DNA of 38,494 nt from Malassezia furfur (Eukaryota), in assembly GCA_052055015.1 (NCBI GenBank), contig JBQJIT010000060.1; one strand, written 5' to 3'. Every line of letters begins with the position of its first letter. The first letter of the stretch is position 1. This document shows, in pieces, positions 1 through 9,890 of this stretch. Made by a program: the position numbers and the translations under genes. The notes under the pieces were generated by a model that made no database searches, was not told the origin of the DNA, and saw only the letters and a list, made by a program, of their open reading frames with translations.

Positions 1-937
1 AAGGGTCGTGCGCCGGAGGGGCCGCAGGGGTGTCCGGTGCATCGGGCGCCACGGCTGGCCCCGGTGCAACCTGGTCGTGCTGCACGCCCTGTGCATCCGG
101 GAGGCGCATCGGATACCGCGCGGCCTCCTCGAGCCGCACAGCCAAACTCGCTGCCCCTGCCTCGGGCAGGAGCTGCGCACGACGCACATCCGTATGCCGC
201 ACACGCTGGACGAGCGCATCCCATGCGCTGCGGTGCGCTGCGGTGTCTGCCGCCGCCTGGAAATACACCTGTACGCGCCCGGGCGGCAGCGACGGATCCG
301 GCGCGAATTCGAGCAAGGCCCGCGCACTCGCGCGCTTGACGACCAGCACAAACAAGCGGTGGGCCTCACCGCCGATTGTCCAGTTGAACACGTCACGGAG
401 CGCAATCTTGGCACACTCGCGTGTGCCGAGCATCACGGCAAAGTGCGTTGGAAACGACACAAGCTCGAGACGGTCGTCCCGGGCGTACCACTCACCAATG
501 TACATGGCACGAAGATCAACGGTGATGCTGCTGGCTGACGGTGGCGGGGAAGGGGGGGCGTCCTTGCGGCGCATGCGCGCGTGCAGTGGCTGTGTCGGCG
601 GGAGCACATCGAGCTCGTCGGGGCTCGAGTCGCGCGCCGCGTGCGGTGCGCCGGAAATGAGCGGCGCCGTGCGTGTATGTTTGGCGCGCGGCGACCCTGC
701 GTCGCTTGCGCCGCGCTTTCGTGCCGCTGTGGCTTCGTGTGGCGAGCGGGTCTTGCCGTAGAACGTCGCAGCGGCGATCGGTGTGCGGTACGGCGAGGCG
801 ACGGCGCTGGATTCGCGCGGGCGCACCGGCTTTTCGCGCGGGCTGTGCACGGGGTCGGCGCGCTCGCGGGGGTGCGCAGGCCCTGCCGACGTGCGTGCGC
901 GCTCGCGCGCATCGCCGTACAGGTTGCCACGCTCCAT
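1..937 (-). CDS. Partial gene (runs off left edge), unknown protein: low-complexity N-terminus followed by a beta-rich (possibly PH-like) domain
   Basis: ATG at 937 (MERGNLYGDARE...). The frame stays open to position 2 (...ITVDLRAMYIGEWYARDDRLELVSFPTHFAVMLGTRECAKIALRDVFNW...APPAHDP). Absent from the ORF track because it has no stop in the window. The + strand ORFs here look like antisense shadows. Confidence 0.7.
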   Translation of the reverse strand, partial: MERGNLYGDARERARTSAGPAHPRERADPVHSPREKPVRPRESSAVASPYRTPIAAATFYGKTRSPHEATAARKRGASDAGSPRAKHTRTAPLISGAPHAARDSSPDELDVLPPTQPLHARMRRKDAPPSPPPSASSITVDLRAMYIGEWYARDDRLELVSFPTHFAVMLGTRECAKIALRDVFNWTIGGEAHRLFVLVVKRASARALLEFAPDPSLPPGRVQVYFQAAADTAAHRSAWDALVQRVRHTDVRRAQLLPEAGAASLAVRLEEAARYPMRLPDAQGVQHDQVAPGPAVAPDAPDTPAAPPAHDP

Positions 938-1031
938 TCGCGCTCGCGGCGGCGGCGGCGTCGATGCACGCACCACGTGTCGGTCGGCGCCGCGCGGCGC
1001 GTCGTTCGGCCCGGATGTGGAGGCTACGGCG

Positions 1032-3596
1032 CTACGTTTTGGGCGCGGCTGTCGGCGGCGCGTCGTACGGCTCGCCGCGCGCCTGCCAGAGCGTGCGGCG
1101 CTTTTCGAGGAGCGCCGTGGCCCAAACGCGGATCTGCGGGTTGTGGATCTTGGGGATGGCACCCTGCCAGAACTGTTGCAAGTCACGTATGCCCTGCGCC
1201 TGCTCGTACTCAAACGTCTGCAGGCACAGCTCAAAGCAGTCGAGGTCCTTGACGAGCCGCGCCTCGGGCGTCGCACGCGCCTCGTACTCGTCCCAGAGGG
1301 CACGGATCTGCTGCGCGGCAGGCGTGTCGGCGAGTAGGTCGCGCGTCAGGTACTCGATCGCCGCATGCTCGCGCCGCGTCTTTTCCTCCTTGTCCACCTG
1401 GCACATAGGCGTCAGGTCGCCGACCTGTGCCTCCGCAAGGTCGTGCACCAGCGCCATCATCACGCACTTGCGCACATCGAGCTGCGTGTCATCGACAAGC
1501 ATCGCCAACATTGCCATGCGGTACATGTGGTCCGCAATCGATTCGGGCGCCGGCACACCGTGGTGGTACCATCCCGTGCGTTTCGACAGCTTGAGATTCT
1601 GGAGGTAGTGCATATAGTACAGCATCTTGTCGAGGTGCGCTGCATCCACACCGAGCGCCGCGTCCCAGCCCGTCGCCAACGCGCGCGGCGCACTTTCAGG
1701 GCCGAGCGAGACGCGCGCACTGGCGCTTGGCACAAACGGCACCGGCGGCACGGACGCACCGGCGACCGGCGCGGTCGACGCACGCACAGACGCTGGAACG
1801 CCACCCCCCGTACACATCGTCCGTGTCCGTGCCGACGCGGCACCGCCTGCATTCGACGTCCGCGCCATCGAAGGCGTCGCACTGCCTGGGCTAAAGGTCC
1901 GCTGCACGATCGGCGCCGCGGCCTGCGGCGATGCCCGCGTGGCCTTGCGCAGCGACGGCACCATCATCTTCTCCTTGTACGGTAGGCTCGTTTTCGGCTC
2001 ACGGTCGAGGCCATCAGAATTGTCGCGCGCAGGCCGTGCGATCGATACGGCGCGCGCAGGCTTCCACGGGACGGAACGTGCCTGGCTCCCGCTTGGTGCT
2101 GCGCGGTATGACGACGGATGCGCATACTGGTTGTTGCGGTGCGAGGGCATGTTGGAAGCAAGTACGCCCGCAAGCGCCAACTCCTCGTCGGCGTACCGGT
2201 CATGCGGCACATGTGTGCGCTCGTTATCGGCCCCGCGCACACCCTCGTACTCCTGCTCGATGCGATCGGCGCGGTCGAGGTGCTTGCGTGCCGCCTGCAT
2301 GCTGTGCTCGGTGAGCACCGAGAACGAGAAGCCCTGCGCACCCGTGAGCCGCTGTGACATTTCCGAAGCACGGGGCAGGCGCTCCACTCGGTGGTTCTTG
2401 GCCTTGCGGGGCGTGGGCGGCGGCCGCTCTGTCTCGTGCGCGAGGTCCTCGTCGATGGCGAACACAGGGTTTTCGTCGTTGCCGTCGTAGGACGGGACCA
2501 CGTCGTCGTCGACCGAGCCGGTCTCAGAATCGTAGCGCGTAGGATGCAGCTCCAGCGAGCTCGTTTCCTGCTTGTCGATCGAGTGTTCCGAGCGCGTCTC
2601 GTTCGCAGATGTGCGGTGCGCGGCATGCGCCGCCCGTGCGGCACGGCGCTCCTCGCGCTCTTCGGCATCGCGCTGCTCGAGGTGCCCCGGCAGCGTCCTC
2701 CCAAAGCGTGCAAACGATGCCGATAAACGCCCGACCGACGACGAGAGGTCCACGGCAGGCGGCGGCGCTCGCTTGGTAAACGTCGGCGCTGGCTCGGGGG
2801 CGTCCTCGGCGTCGGCAGGCAGCGCTGACATCTCGGGTTGCGCGGGCGTCGACTCGGACGGTGTTGGTGCCGAAGACGTCGCCGGTACAACGGCATGCGA
2901 CAAGACATACTCCTTTGCACTTGATATGGCGCTCTGCATGGTCTTTTGCGCCTTGTGGATGGCTGACTCGACCTCGCGCTGCACCTGGTCGTACTGCACA
3001 CGCAGCTGATCTAGGGTCGCAGCCTCAACCTTCTTGGTACGTGCGTCGGACGCAGCGAGGGTATCTTCGGTGAGGCGCGTGGGGACGCTGGGGAGGTGCA
3101 GCGACGCCCAAACCTGTTCGAGGTCGTGCAGTGTGTCGAGCGGGCGTGGTTGACCCGACGCAGAAGATAGACGCGGAAGCACAATGCCCAGGGGCGGGAC
3201 GTAGTCGGGCGACTGGATGCGCGCCTGCATATCGTCCTCGCCGATGCACGTATCATTGAGCAGCAGCACGTCCGAGGTGGGAAACGTTGGGTGCGCATGC
3301 AGCGAATACGACGTGGACTGCGTCGAAGGAAGATTCAGCTCACTCGCATACACATCCATCGAGCAGATTTTGCACGACACCACGTCAAGCCCCACCTCAT
3401 GCTCCTGCCTCGTCCAGAGTGGCAGCGCCTGTGGTTAGCCATAGCCAAGCAGGGCACGTACGATGGTGAGCGACGAAGGCGTGTTGAGGCGCACACGCTT
3501 GCTGAACGGCGCCTTGGCTTTTCCGATAACTGTACAACTCACGCGCACATTCAAACAGGGACACGCCCATACGCCGGACGCCGTGTCCGGGTCCAT
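1032..3596 (-). CDS. Cys-motif (CxC...CxxC)/coiled-coil/disordered protein fused to a C-terminal HD-domain 5'-deoxynucleotidase (HDDC2/YGK1/YBR242W family)
   Basis: ATG 3596 (MDPDTASGVWACPCLNV). A 33-nt intron at 3429-3461 (GTACGT...GCTAAC...CAG, in-frame stop inside) joins it to the 787-aa ORF. C-terminal motifs KRTGW, ESIADHMYRMA, MALVHDLAEAQVGDLTP and EARLVKDLD are typical of HDDC2. Confidence 0.8.
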
Positions 3597-3709
3597 GGCG
3601 AACGGCGACAACGCTCGCACGCACCGGTCGCGTGACTCAGCCGTATCGGCCGATCCTGGCAGATCGGTGATGAACGCATTGGCCAACGCAGATCGGGGCA
3701 AAAAAGACC

Positions 3710-4660
3710 ATGGCGAAGCGGCCGCGCCCACGCAAGCGCGCGAAGAGCAGCGCAGTGCCGGACAAGCACGAGCAGGCGGCAATTGCGCAACTCACAAAGC
3801 ACACAAAAGAGTATGAGGAACAAGCGCGCGCAGAGACGGCGGCCGAGGCGGCCGAGCCTGCGCACGGCGATGCTCTGTCGGCACCGTCCGTGGACACCAA
3901 CGAGGCAGCGCCTGTGCACGACAACGAGCGCGCGGATGCATCGTCAGACGATGAGGGAAAGCCACAAAAAAAGCGCAAGCGTACGCGTAAGCGCCGCAAG
4001 GAGGCCAAGCCCGGGCCGGACCCTGCGAGTGTGCCTGGTCTCAGCGAGGCAGCGCAGCGCGCGATTGTCTATGCACAGACCTACCTGCGCGACCGGGATG
4101 CATGGAAGTTCTCCAAGCCGCGCCAGAACTGGCTAATGCGCCATATTCTCTGGTCCGAACGCATCTTCCACGCCGCCAAGCCACTTGCAGATGTTGCGGA
4201 TGATACGCGGCGTACGCTTCCCGAAGATCTGCAGACCTGCATCGCGCCGGCGCTGCAGCTGCCGGACGAAGGGGCGTGGATCCCTGACGAATACGTGGCG
4301 GTCGTGGCCGTCTATTTGCAGAGCATCATGGGGCTTGGAAAACAGGTACGTCCCCACGTCCCAAGGCTCACCCAGCGCATGCTCGAGACACTCCAAGCTG
4401 CCGTGGATGCAAAGGTGCCGAGCGCGCCGGCGGAAACACCGCAGACGCCCGCTTCCACCGTACCAAGCGGAAACGAGATCGCCGAGTCAAGCGTGGAGCC
4501 GGCGACAAGCGAGGCCGAGAACACTGCGGCCGAGGCCACCGCGCCGACCGCCGATCCCGCCATGGCCGTGCACACCGATGCGAGCGCTTGGAATGCGCTA
4601 CGTGCAGCGCGTGCTGCCGAAACACTGCAGTGGATCGAAACGCGCGAGGCCGCTACGTAA
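3710..4660 (+). CDS. WKF-domain protein (C7orf50/Rbp95-like, probably nucleolar)
   Basis: WKFSKPRQNWL motif, basic N-terminal patches and IPDEY...YLQS. Probable in-frame 30-nt intron at 4346-4375 (GTACGT...GCTCAC.CAG). Confidence 0.8.
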   Translation: MAKRPRPRKRAKSSAVPDKHEQAAIAQLTKHTKEYEEQARAETAAEAAEPAHGDALSAPSVDTNEAAPVHDNERADASSDDEGKPQKKRKRTRKRRKEAKPGPDPASVPGLSEAAQRAIVYAQTYLRDRDAWKFSKPRQNWLMRHILWSERIFHAAKPLADVADDTRRTLPEDLQTCIAPALQLPDEGAWIPDEYVAVVAVYLQSIMGLGKQVRPHVPRLTQRMLETLQAAVDAKVPSAPAETPQTPASTVPSGNEIAESSVEPATSEAENTAAEATAPTADPAMAVHTDASAWNALRAARAAETLQWIETREAAT

Positions 4661-4670
4661 TCGCTATACC

Positions 4671-7600
4671 CTACTTGTAGAGCATCGCGCGGAATTGGTC
4701 CTGGTCTTTGGGCGCCGCAGCCGACGTGTCATCGTTGGAGGCCGACTCGCGCGGCGTGTGTACGCGCGCAAAGCCGAGTGCGCCCCCACGCCCGCCACGT
4801 CCACCACGCCCGCCACGCCCCCGCATCGCGCTCCGCGGCACGATGGGTGTTGAGGCTGCATCCTTTGGCGCCGACGTATGCGCCTCGACGGTGAGCGGAT
4901 GCCCTTGATACTCAACGTGTGCGCCGAGCACTGCACGCCCCGCCGTCTCGGCGTCGACGAGCTCCACGAGACTCGAGGCGCCCGCGTCGCCTTCGTGCCG
5001 TGTCGGCGTCCAGAACACACGCACGACCGAGCGTGGTCCCAGCGCCTTTTCGACTGCCTGCTGGATGAGCGCTTCTTGTGCATCGGCAGGCAAACCACGC
5101 ACGACGATCGAGCGTGCGTGGCGGTCGTCAGCGTTCTCGGCCTTCGGTGCCGAGGTTTTGCGCCCTGGCTCGGCGATCGATACCGCGATGCGGCGGCCGA
5201 GCAGTTCGGTGTCGTTCGTTGCCTGCTGTGCACGCTGGGCTTCAAGCGCGGTGGCGAACGTGACAAACGCAATGCCGCGGCTCTTGCCGTCGGGTCGTGG
5301 GGGGATCCGCACGTCCTGCACAGGTCCATGCGGTGCAAAAAAGGCGCGAATGTCTCCCGCCTGTACGCTGCGCGGCAGACCGGACAGGTACAGCTCACGC
5401 TCGTTCGCATGTGCATCAGAGCGAGCCTTTTTGTGCGCAGGATTCGATAAGTAGACTTGCAGCGCAAACTCGTCCGTCCAGTGCTTGCCGTGCTCGGCGA
5501 GCGCCGCCTGCGCCGAATCGGCGCGCACAAACTGCACGTAACAGAAGCGACGCGACTGGGCAAACGTGCGGCTCGGCCAGCGCACGTCAAAGAGCGCGCC
5601 GTATTTGCCAAATTGTGCACGAATCTGGTCGTCGTCTGTGTCCGGCGCAAAGTTGGTAACGTAAAGCGTGCACTGGTAGCTGGGTGCCAGGTGCACTTCC
5701 ATATCGCGAATGCGTTTCAGGTCGCGCGTCAGCGCCGCTGCGGCCATGTCGCGGTCGGCAAACTCCACAAGTGCCGCCGATGTCGCCGTGCCATCGGGCG
5801 CAGGCGCTTCGACGGCGCGAGGGCCCACGATCTCGACCATCTCGCCGCACTCGCGGAAGAAGCGGCGCAGCTCGACCGCCTCTGCGTCTGCAGGGAGACC
5901 GGCGACCATCACTGACGAAAACTCGCGGTCGCGTGCAGGGAGCGGTGCGTCGGTCCGCCCCTTTTTGGTATGCGTCTCCAGGGCATCGTCCGCCTTGCGT
6001 TTCTGGCTCTCGGACGGCGCCAGAGGGGGGCGCTCGGGAAGCGCGGCAGGCTCGGGGGCGGCATCGACATGCATAGCGTCAGCCACGCTGGGTTCGGTGC
6101 TCGTCTCGGGCACCGCCGCAGGGGCCTCAGTCGCTGCCGGCGCCTCGCTGTGCTGCGCGCTCGCTGCTTGCACCGCCGCCTCGCTGCGGTACTGTGCCTT
6201 GTACCACTGGCGCCACAGACAGTCCGACTCGGCCTTGCGCTTGCTTTCGGCATGCTCAATTTGTGCAATACTTCCCCGGGCATGCTCAAATTGCACCCAT
6301 GCATCGAGGAGGGGCATCTTACTCTCGTCGCCGTGCCGGGCGGTGCCAGCTTTGAACAGCTGCCGCGCGCGTGTATCGTTGTCGTGGCGCGCAAAGTACT
6401 GTGCGGCGCCAAGGTGTGCCTGGACACCGTCCGGCTGCGCCTGTACCGCATTTTCCCACACACCCTCGGCGAGAGGGTAGAGCCCCGTGGCGGCTTCGAC
6501 CCCCGCGGCGGCGCTCAGCGCCCGCGCCGCGCGCTCGATCCAGTCGACCGCATAATGCTCGAGCGTACACGTACGGTCAGGCTCGGTCTTGGCGAGCTGG
6601 CCTACCTCGCTGAGTGCATGTGCCAACAGCTCGTAGATGTGCATGAAGCGGTCAAGGTCGGCGTACAGCACCACGTCCTCTGGTGCAACGTGCTGCGCCG
6701 CGGCGACCTCGAGCGTGGCGTACGCACGCTCGCCGTCGATACGCGCTTGCAAGAAAGGCACAAGTGCCTCGACGCCGCCCGATGTCGGCAGCGTGCGCGA
6801 TGTCAGCACCTCGTCCCATACGGCATCAAACTGCGCCTTGGGCCGCTGCGCGCGTGCGAGCGTGTGGAGGTACAGCGCCCACAGCCGGCCGGATACGGGC
6901 AGGACGCGCGACGCGTTGCGGCACACATCGAGCTGCGCCGCGGCGTCGAGGTGCGCAGGGCTCGTAAGTTGCGCGTAGTCGAGCCACAGCGACTCGGGCG
7001 CCACACACAGCGACCGCGCCGCCACGCGCGCCGCCTGTTTCTCTCGCTCGAGCATTTTCTGGCTCTTGCGTCCCGCCTTGGCCATCCATGCCTTCTCCTC
7101 GGCGCGCGTAGGCGGACGCAATGCGTGCGCCTGCTCCTGGGCATCTTTTCCAAGCGGGTACCATCCAAACCGGTGGAGCGCGCGGCGGTATAGTGCGGCA
7201 CCGAGCTCTTCCTCGGTCGCGAGGTGCGATTTGTCCTTGGCCGTGCGCAGTGTCTTCATCCGGTGCGACTCCCAGTGCAGATATGGCATCCACTGCTCTA
7301 GGGACGTGTGCGGCGCATGAGCACTGGCCTCGTGTCGCTCGCGCTCGCGCCACATGCGCAGCGCATCTGCATACACCTTGTTCGCCGATGCCAGCAGCTC
7401 TTCGTAGGCGTCTGCGGGGAAGTAGGTCGACACCCAGCTCGAAAAGCGCTGGAACGTTTCGTCAAGCTGCGCGTGCGGCACACGCAGGCGTGCAACGTAC
7501 ACCTGGCGCACCAGCTCGCGACGCTCGTCGCTGCGATCAGCGTCGAGCAGGTGTTGTTCCCAGTCGCAGTAAACGCGCCAAATGACCGCCGACTCATGGA

Positions 7601-8195
7601 CATGGTATGCACACCGCGAGTAAAGAGTGCGCAGCGCCGTGCGCACCGAGTCCTCGCCTAGCAGCTCGTCGCGCTCGTCGGCGTCGGTGGGCAGCAGCGG
7701 TGCCAGCGCCTCGATGTCCGCGTAGGCGCCAACCGCGTGCAGCGCTGGTGCATCGCCCACACCTGTCCACGTCTCCAGCAGTGCACACACATCATATGCG
7801 TCGCCATCCACGGTTGTCACCGCGGTCTCGGGCAGGTCGCCCCACGCCGGTGTTGCGACGCGATGGTGGGCCGCGTACAGGCCGAGCCACAAACTTGCGG
7901 CCCGGACGAACAAGCTCATATCCAGCGAGTCCTGCGTGCTCTGGTCGTGTAGGTCGAGCAGCTCACGCAACGCGTCGGCGCCGCCCGCCTCGTCCTTCAG
8001 CACCCGGCGCGTTGCCAGGCTCAGGTACAAGTGCCAGTCGGTGGGACGCAGTGCAATATGCTCTGCCGTCTCTTCATACGCGCGCAGCAGCTCAGTGACG
8101 AGTGGTGCGCGATCCTCGGCTGCAAGGAGCTTGCGCTGCAGCGACCGCGTCCAGCTTTGGTAGCTCCATGGGTCGAGCGTCGGTGCCTGCGCCAT
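4671..8195 (-). CDS. PRP24: U4/U6 snRNP recycling factor Prp24/SART3 (HAT repeats, RRMs, C-terminal LSm-interaction motif)
   Basis: HAT-like helical N-terminal half. RRM motifs TLYVTNF/RRFCYVQF and ELYLSGL/RGIAFVTF. C-terminus KDQDQFRAMLYK matches the (S)NDDFRxM LSm-binding motif. ATG at 8195. Confidence 0.9.
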   Translation of the reverse strand: MAQAPTLDPWSYQSWTRSLQRKLLAAEDRAPLVTELLRAYEETAEHIALRPTDWHLYLSLATRRVLKDEAGGADALRELLDLHDQSTQDSLDMSLFVRAASLWLGLYAAHHRVATPAWGDLPETAVTTVDGDAYDVCALLETWTGVGDAPALHAVGAYADIEALAPLLPTDADERDELLGEDSVRTALRTLYSRCAYHVHESAVIWRVYCDWEQHLLDADRSDERRELVRQVYVARLRVPHAQLDETFQRFSSWVSTYFPADAYEELLASANKVYADALRMWRERERHEASAHAPHTSLEQWMPYLHWESHRMKTLRTAKDKSHLATEEELGAALYRRALHRFGWYPLGKDAQEQAHALRPPTRAEEKAWMAKAGRKSQKMLEREKQAARVAARSLCVAPESLWLDYAQLTSPAHLDAAAQLDVCRNASRVLPVSGRLWALYLHTLARAQRPKAQFDAVWDEVLTSRTLPTSGGVEALVPFLQARIDGERAYATLEVAAAQHVAPEDVVLYADLDRFMHIYELLAHALSEVGQLAKTEPDRTCTLEHYAVDWIERAARALSAAAGVEAATGLYPLAEGVWENAVQAQPDGVQAHLGAAQYFARHDNDTRARQLFKAGTARHGDESKMPLLDAWVQFEHARGSIAQIEHAESKRKAESDCLWRQWYKAQYRSEAAVQAASAQHSEAPAATEAPAAVPETSTEPSVADAMHVDAAPEPAALPERPPLAPSESQKRKADDALETHTKKGRTDAPLPARDREFSSVMVAGLPADAEAVELRRFFRECGEMVEIVGPRAVEAPAPDGTATSAALVEFADRDMAAAALTRDLKRIRDMEVHLAPSYQCTLYVTNFAPDTDDDQIRAQFGKYGALFDVRWPSRTFAQSRRFCYVQFVRADSAQAALAEHGKHWTDEFALQVYLSNPAHKKARSDAHANERELYLSGLPRSVQAGDIRAFFAPHGPVQDVRIPPRPDGKSRGIAFVTFATALEAQRAQQATNDTELLGRRIAVSIAEPGRKTSAPKAENADDRHARSIVVRGLPADAQEALIQQAVEKALGPRSVVRVFWTPTRHEGDAGASSLVELVDAETAGRAVLGAHVEYQGHPLTVEAHTSAPKDAASTPIVPRSAMRGRGGRGGRGGRGGALGFARVHTPRESASNDDTSAAAPKDQDQFRAMLYK

Positions 8196-8213
8196 CACGG
8201 CGATGGTCGCTGA

Positions 8214-9821
8214 CTAAGCCCTATGGACGCGCGCGACGCTCTGCATGGCCAGGCGCCGCGCTTGGGCCAGCGAGATGTGGTCCTGACGGTACGCGAGCAA
8301 CTGTCCATTGTCGCCCGTGACACGCACCTCGCTAGCAGTCGGGGTATCCTCCACGGCATCCGACGCCGCAAATGCATCGTCGTCATCATCCATGTCCTGC
8401 GTCTCACTCTGGCGGTAGCCGCCAGTGTGTAGTCGGTGCAGGTCGCCGGGGCGCTCCGATTGGAAACGCATCCCCGGCTGCCCCTGAAAAGGCGCAAAGT
8501 CGGAAATGATGCGCGGGGCGCTCGGCGCAGGCTTTGGTACGGTCTCGCTGCGCGCGTCGACACGGTACGGTAGCGATCCGCTGTAGTTGGCGCGTCGTGC
8601 GTCGAGGAATTTTTGGCTGAGCCGCGAACCGACCACCTTGCGGATGTGTGGGCGCGCGGTAGGCACATCGGGCGCCTGGCTCCAGATGCGGACATTGTGT
8701 GTGGATTCTGTGTGGGTTTCGTCAACGTACCTTCGCTCTCGCGGTAAATGCTCTCGACAATGAGCTGCTTGGTGCTCTCATTGCGCAGCAGCAGCTTCTC
8801 GTGCAGCTCGTGCGTGACTTGGTCCATAAGTGAAGACGATGGATCGTCGCCCATGCTCAAGCTTAGCGACCGCATGCGGTCCAGCACCGCATCACCTACC
8901 TCGCGGTGCAGCCGATCCAAGTCCATCACCTCGCCTGCCGCGGCAATCACAACATGGCTAAGCAGCGAAGCGGTGGTGAGTGGAACGAGCAAGCCGCCGG
9001 TGATGGTGACCAGCCCCTGGTAAAAGTCGACTGCATGCTGGTAACCGGACAAAGCCGGCTCACATGCAACAACAAACAACGGGATCCCACGCGCCGACAT
9101 TGAGCGGGCCAGCAAAATGGGGTCCTCATTGTCCGGCGAGCCGGACGGAAACCCATCGCCGTACTCGCCGATGCCATGCGGGGGTGCGTCAGTGACCAAG
9201 ATGGCCATTTTTGCCGCATCCGGTCGCCAATCCTGCGTGAGTAGAAGTACACGCACAAGATCACACGCGGCCTTGAGCGCTGCCGTCGCGGCTTCAGGTC
9301 CGTCGCCGCCGCCGGCCGCAAACAGCGAATTGAGGTTCTCCTTCATTTCGTACACGCTGGTGGTGAAACCGACTGGATGAGTCGTGGGGCGTACAGTTTT
9401 TCACAATGTACACATGGTCCTGCGGTGGGTGGTCACGGTACGCAATGAGCCCGACGCGCAGTGCGCCGTCTTGGGCAAGCAGCTCCGACTGCACGATCTG
9501 GTCACAGATCGTCTCGATGTTGTGCGTCGCAGACTGGGTAAGCATGCAGGCGGCGCACGTTGATACTGTGTAAGCAGGCGCACATACTAGGACCCCATGG
9601 ATCCGGTCGCGTCGATGATCTGGTGAGCGCTGCACGTACAAAGACCAAATCGAGCATACGGGTGGGCGTCGGCTCCGCGAATACGTTGCCGCTCGCTGTC
9701 TGCCCGCCCTGCATCCAGTCAGGCACGACTGACGGGTCCGCAGCTGCACCAAACATGCTGACCGTGAGCGGCGCACGTACCTGTAGGCGCCCCCGCGTGG
9801 GGCACCGGCGTGGTTCGCCAT
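8214..9821 (-). CDS. Stand-alone von Willebrand factor A domain protein (related to the vWA module of VwkA alpha-kinases), 8 exons
   Basis: Introns 9758-9780 (23), 9620-9639 (20), 9566-9587 (22), 9534-9558 (25), 9373-9394 (22), 9233-9256 (24) and 8708-8730 (23). Splicing gives LDLVFIIDATGSMGSYINSATHNI...RVGLIAYRDHPPQD...GGGDGPEA...LVTDAPPHG, a canonical vWA/MIDAS sequence. The first exon is less certain (alternative ATG at 9756). Confidence 0.85.
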
Positions 9822-9890
9822 GGTCTGGGAAGCGGTAGCACGGAATTAGTCATCCCCGGATGGCGTCCCCAGACGTGTGGAGGATCCACG

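Noticed and set aside
1..937. Naming the left-edge gene as a Ulp2-like SUMO protease
   Set aside because: The architecture is only suggestive, and no catalytic domain lies within the window.
8214..9821. Alpha-kinase (VwkA) call for the vWA gene
   Set aside because: No kinase domain follows the vWA domain; the protein ends after a short low-complexity tail.
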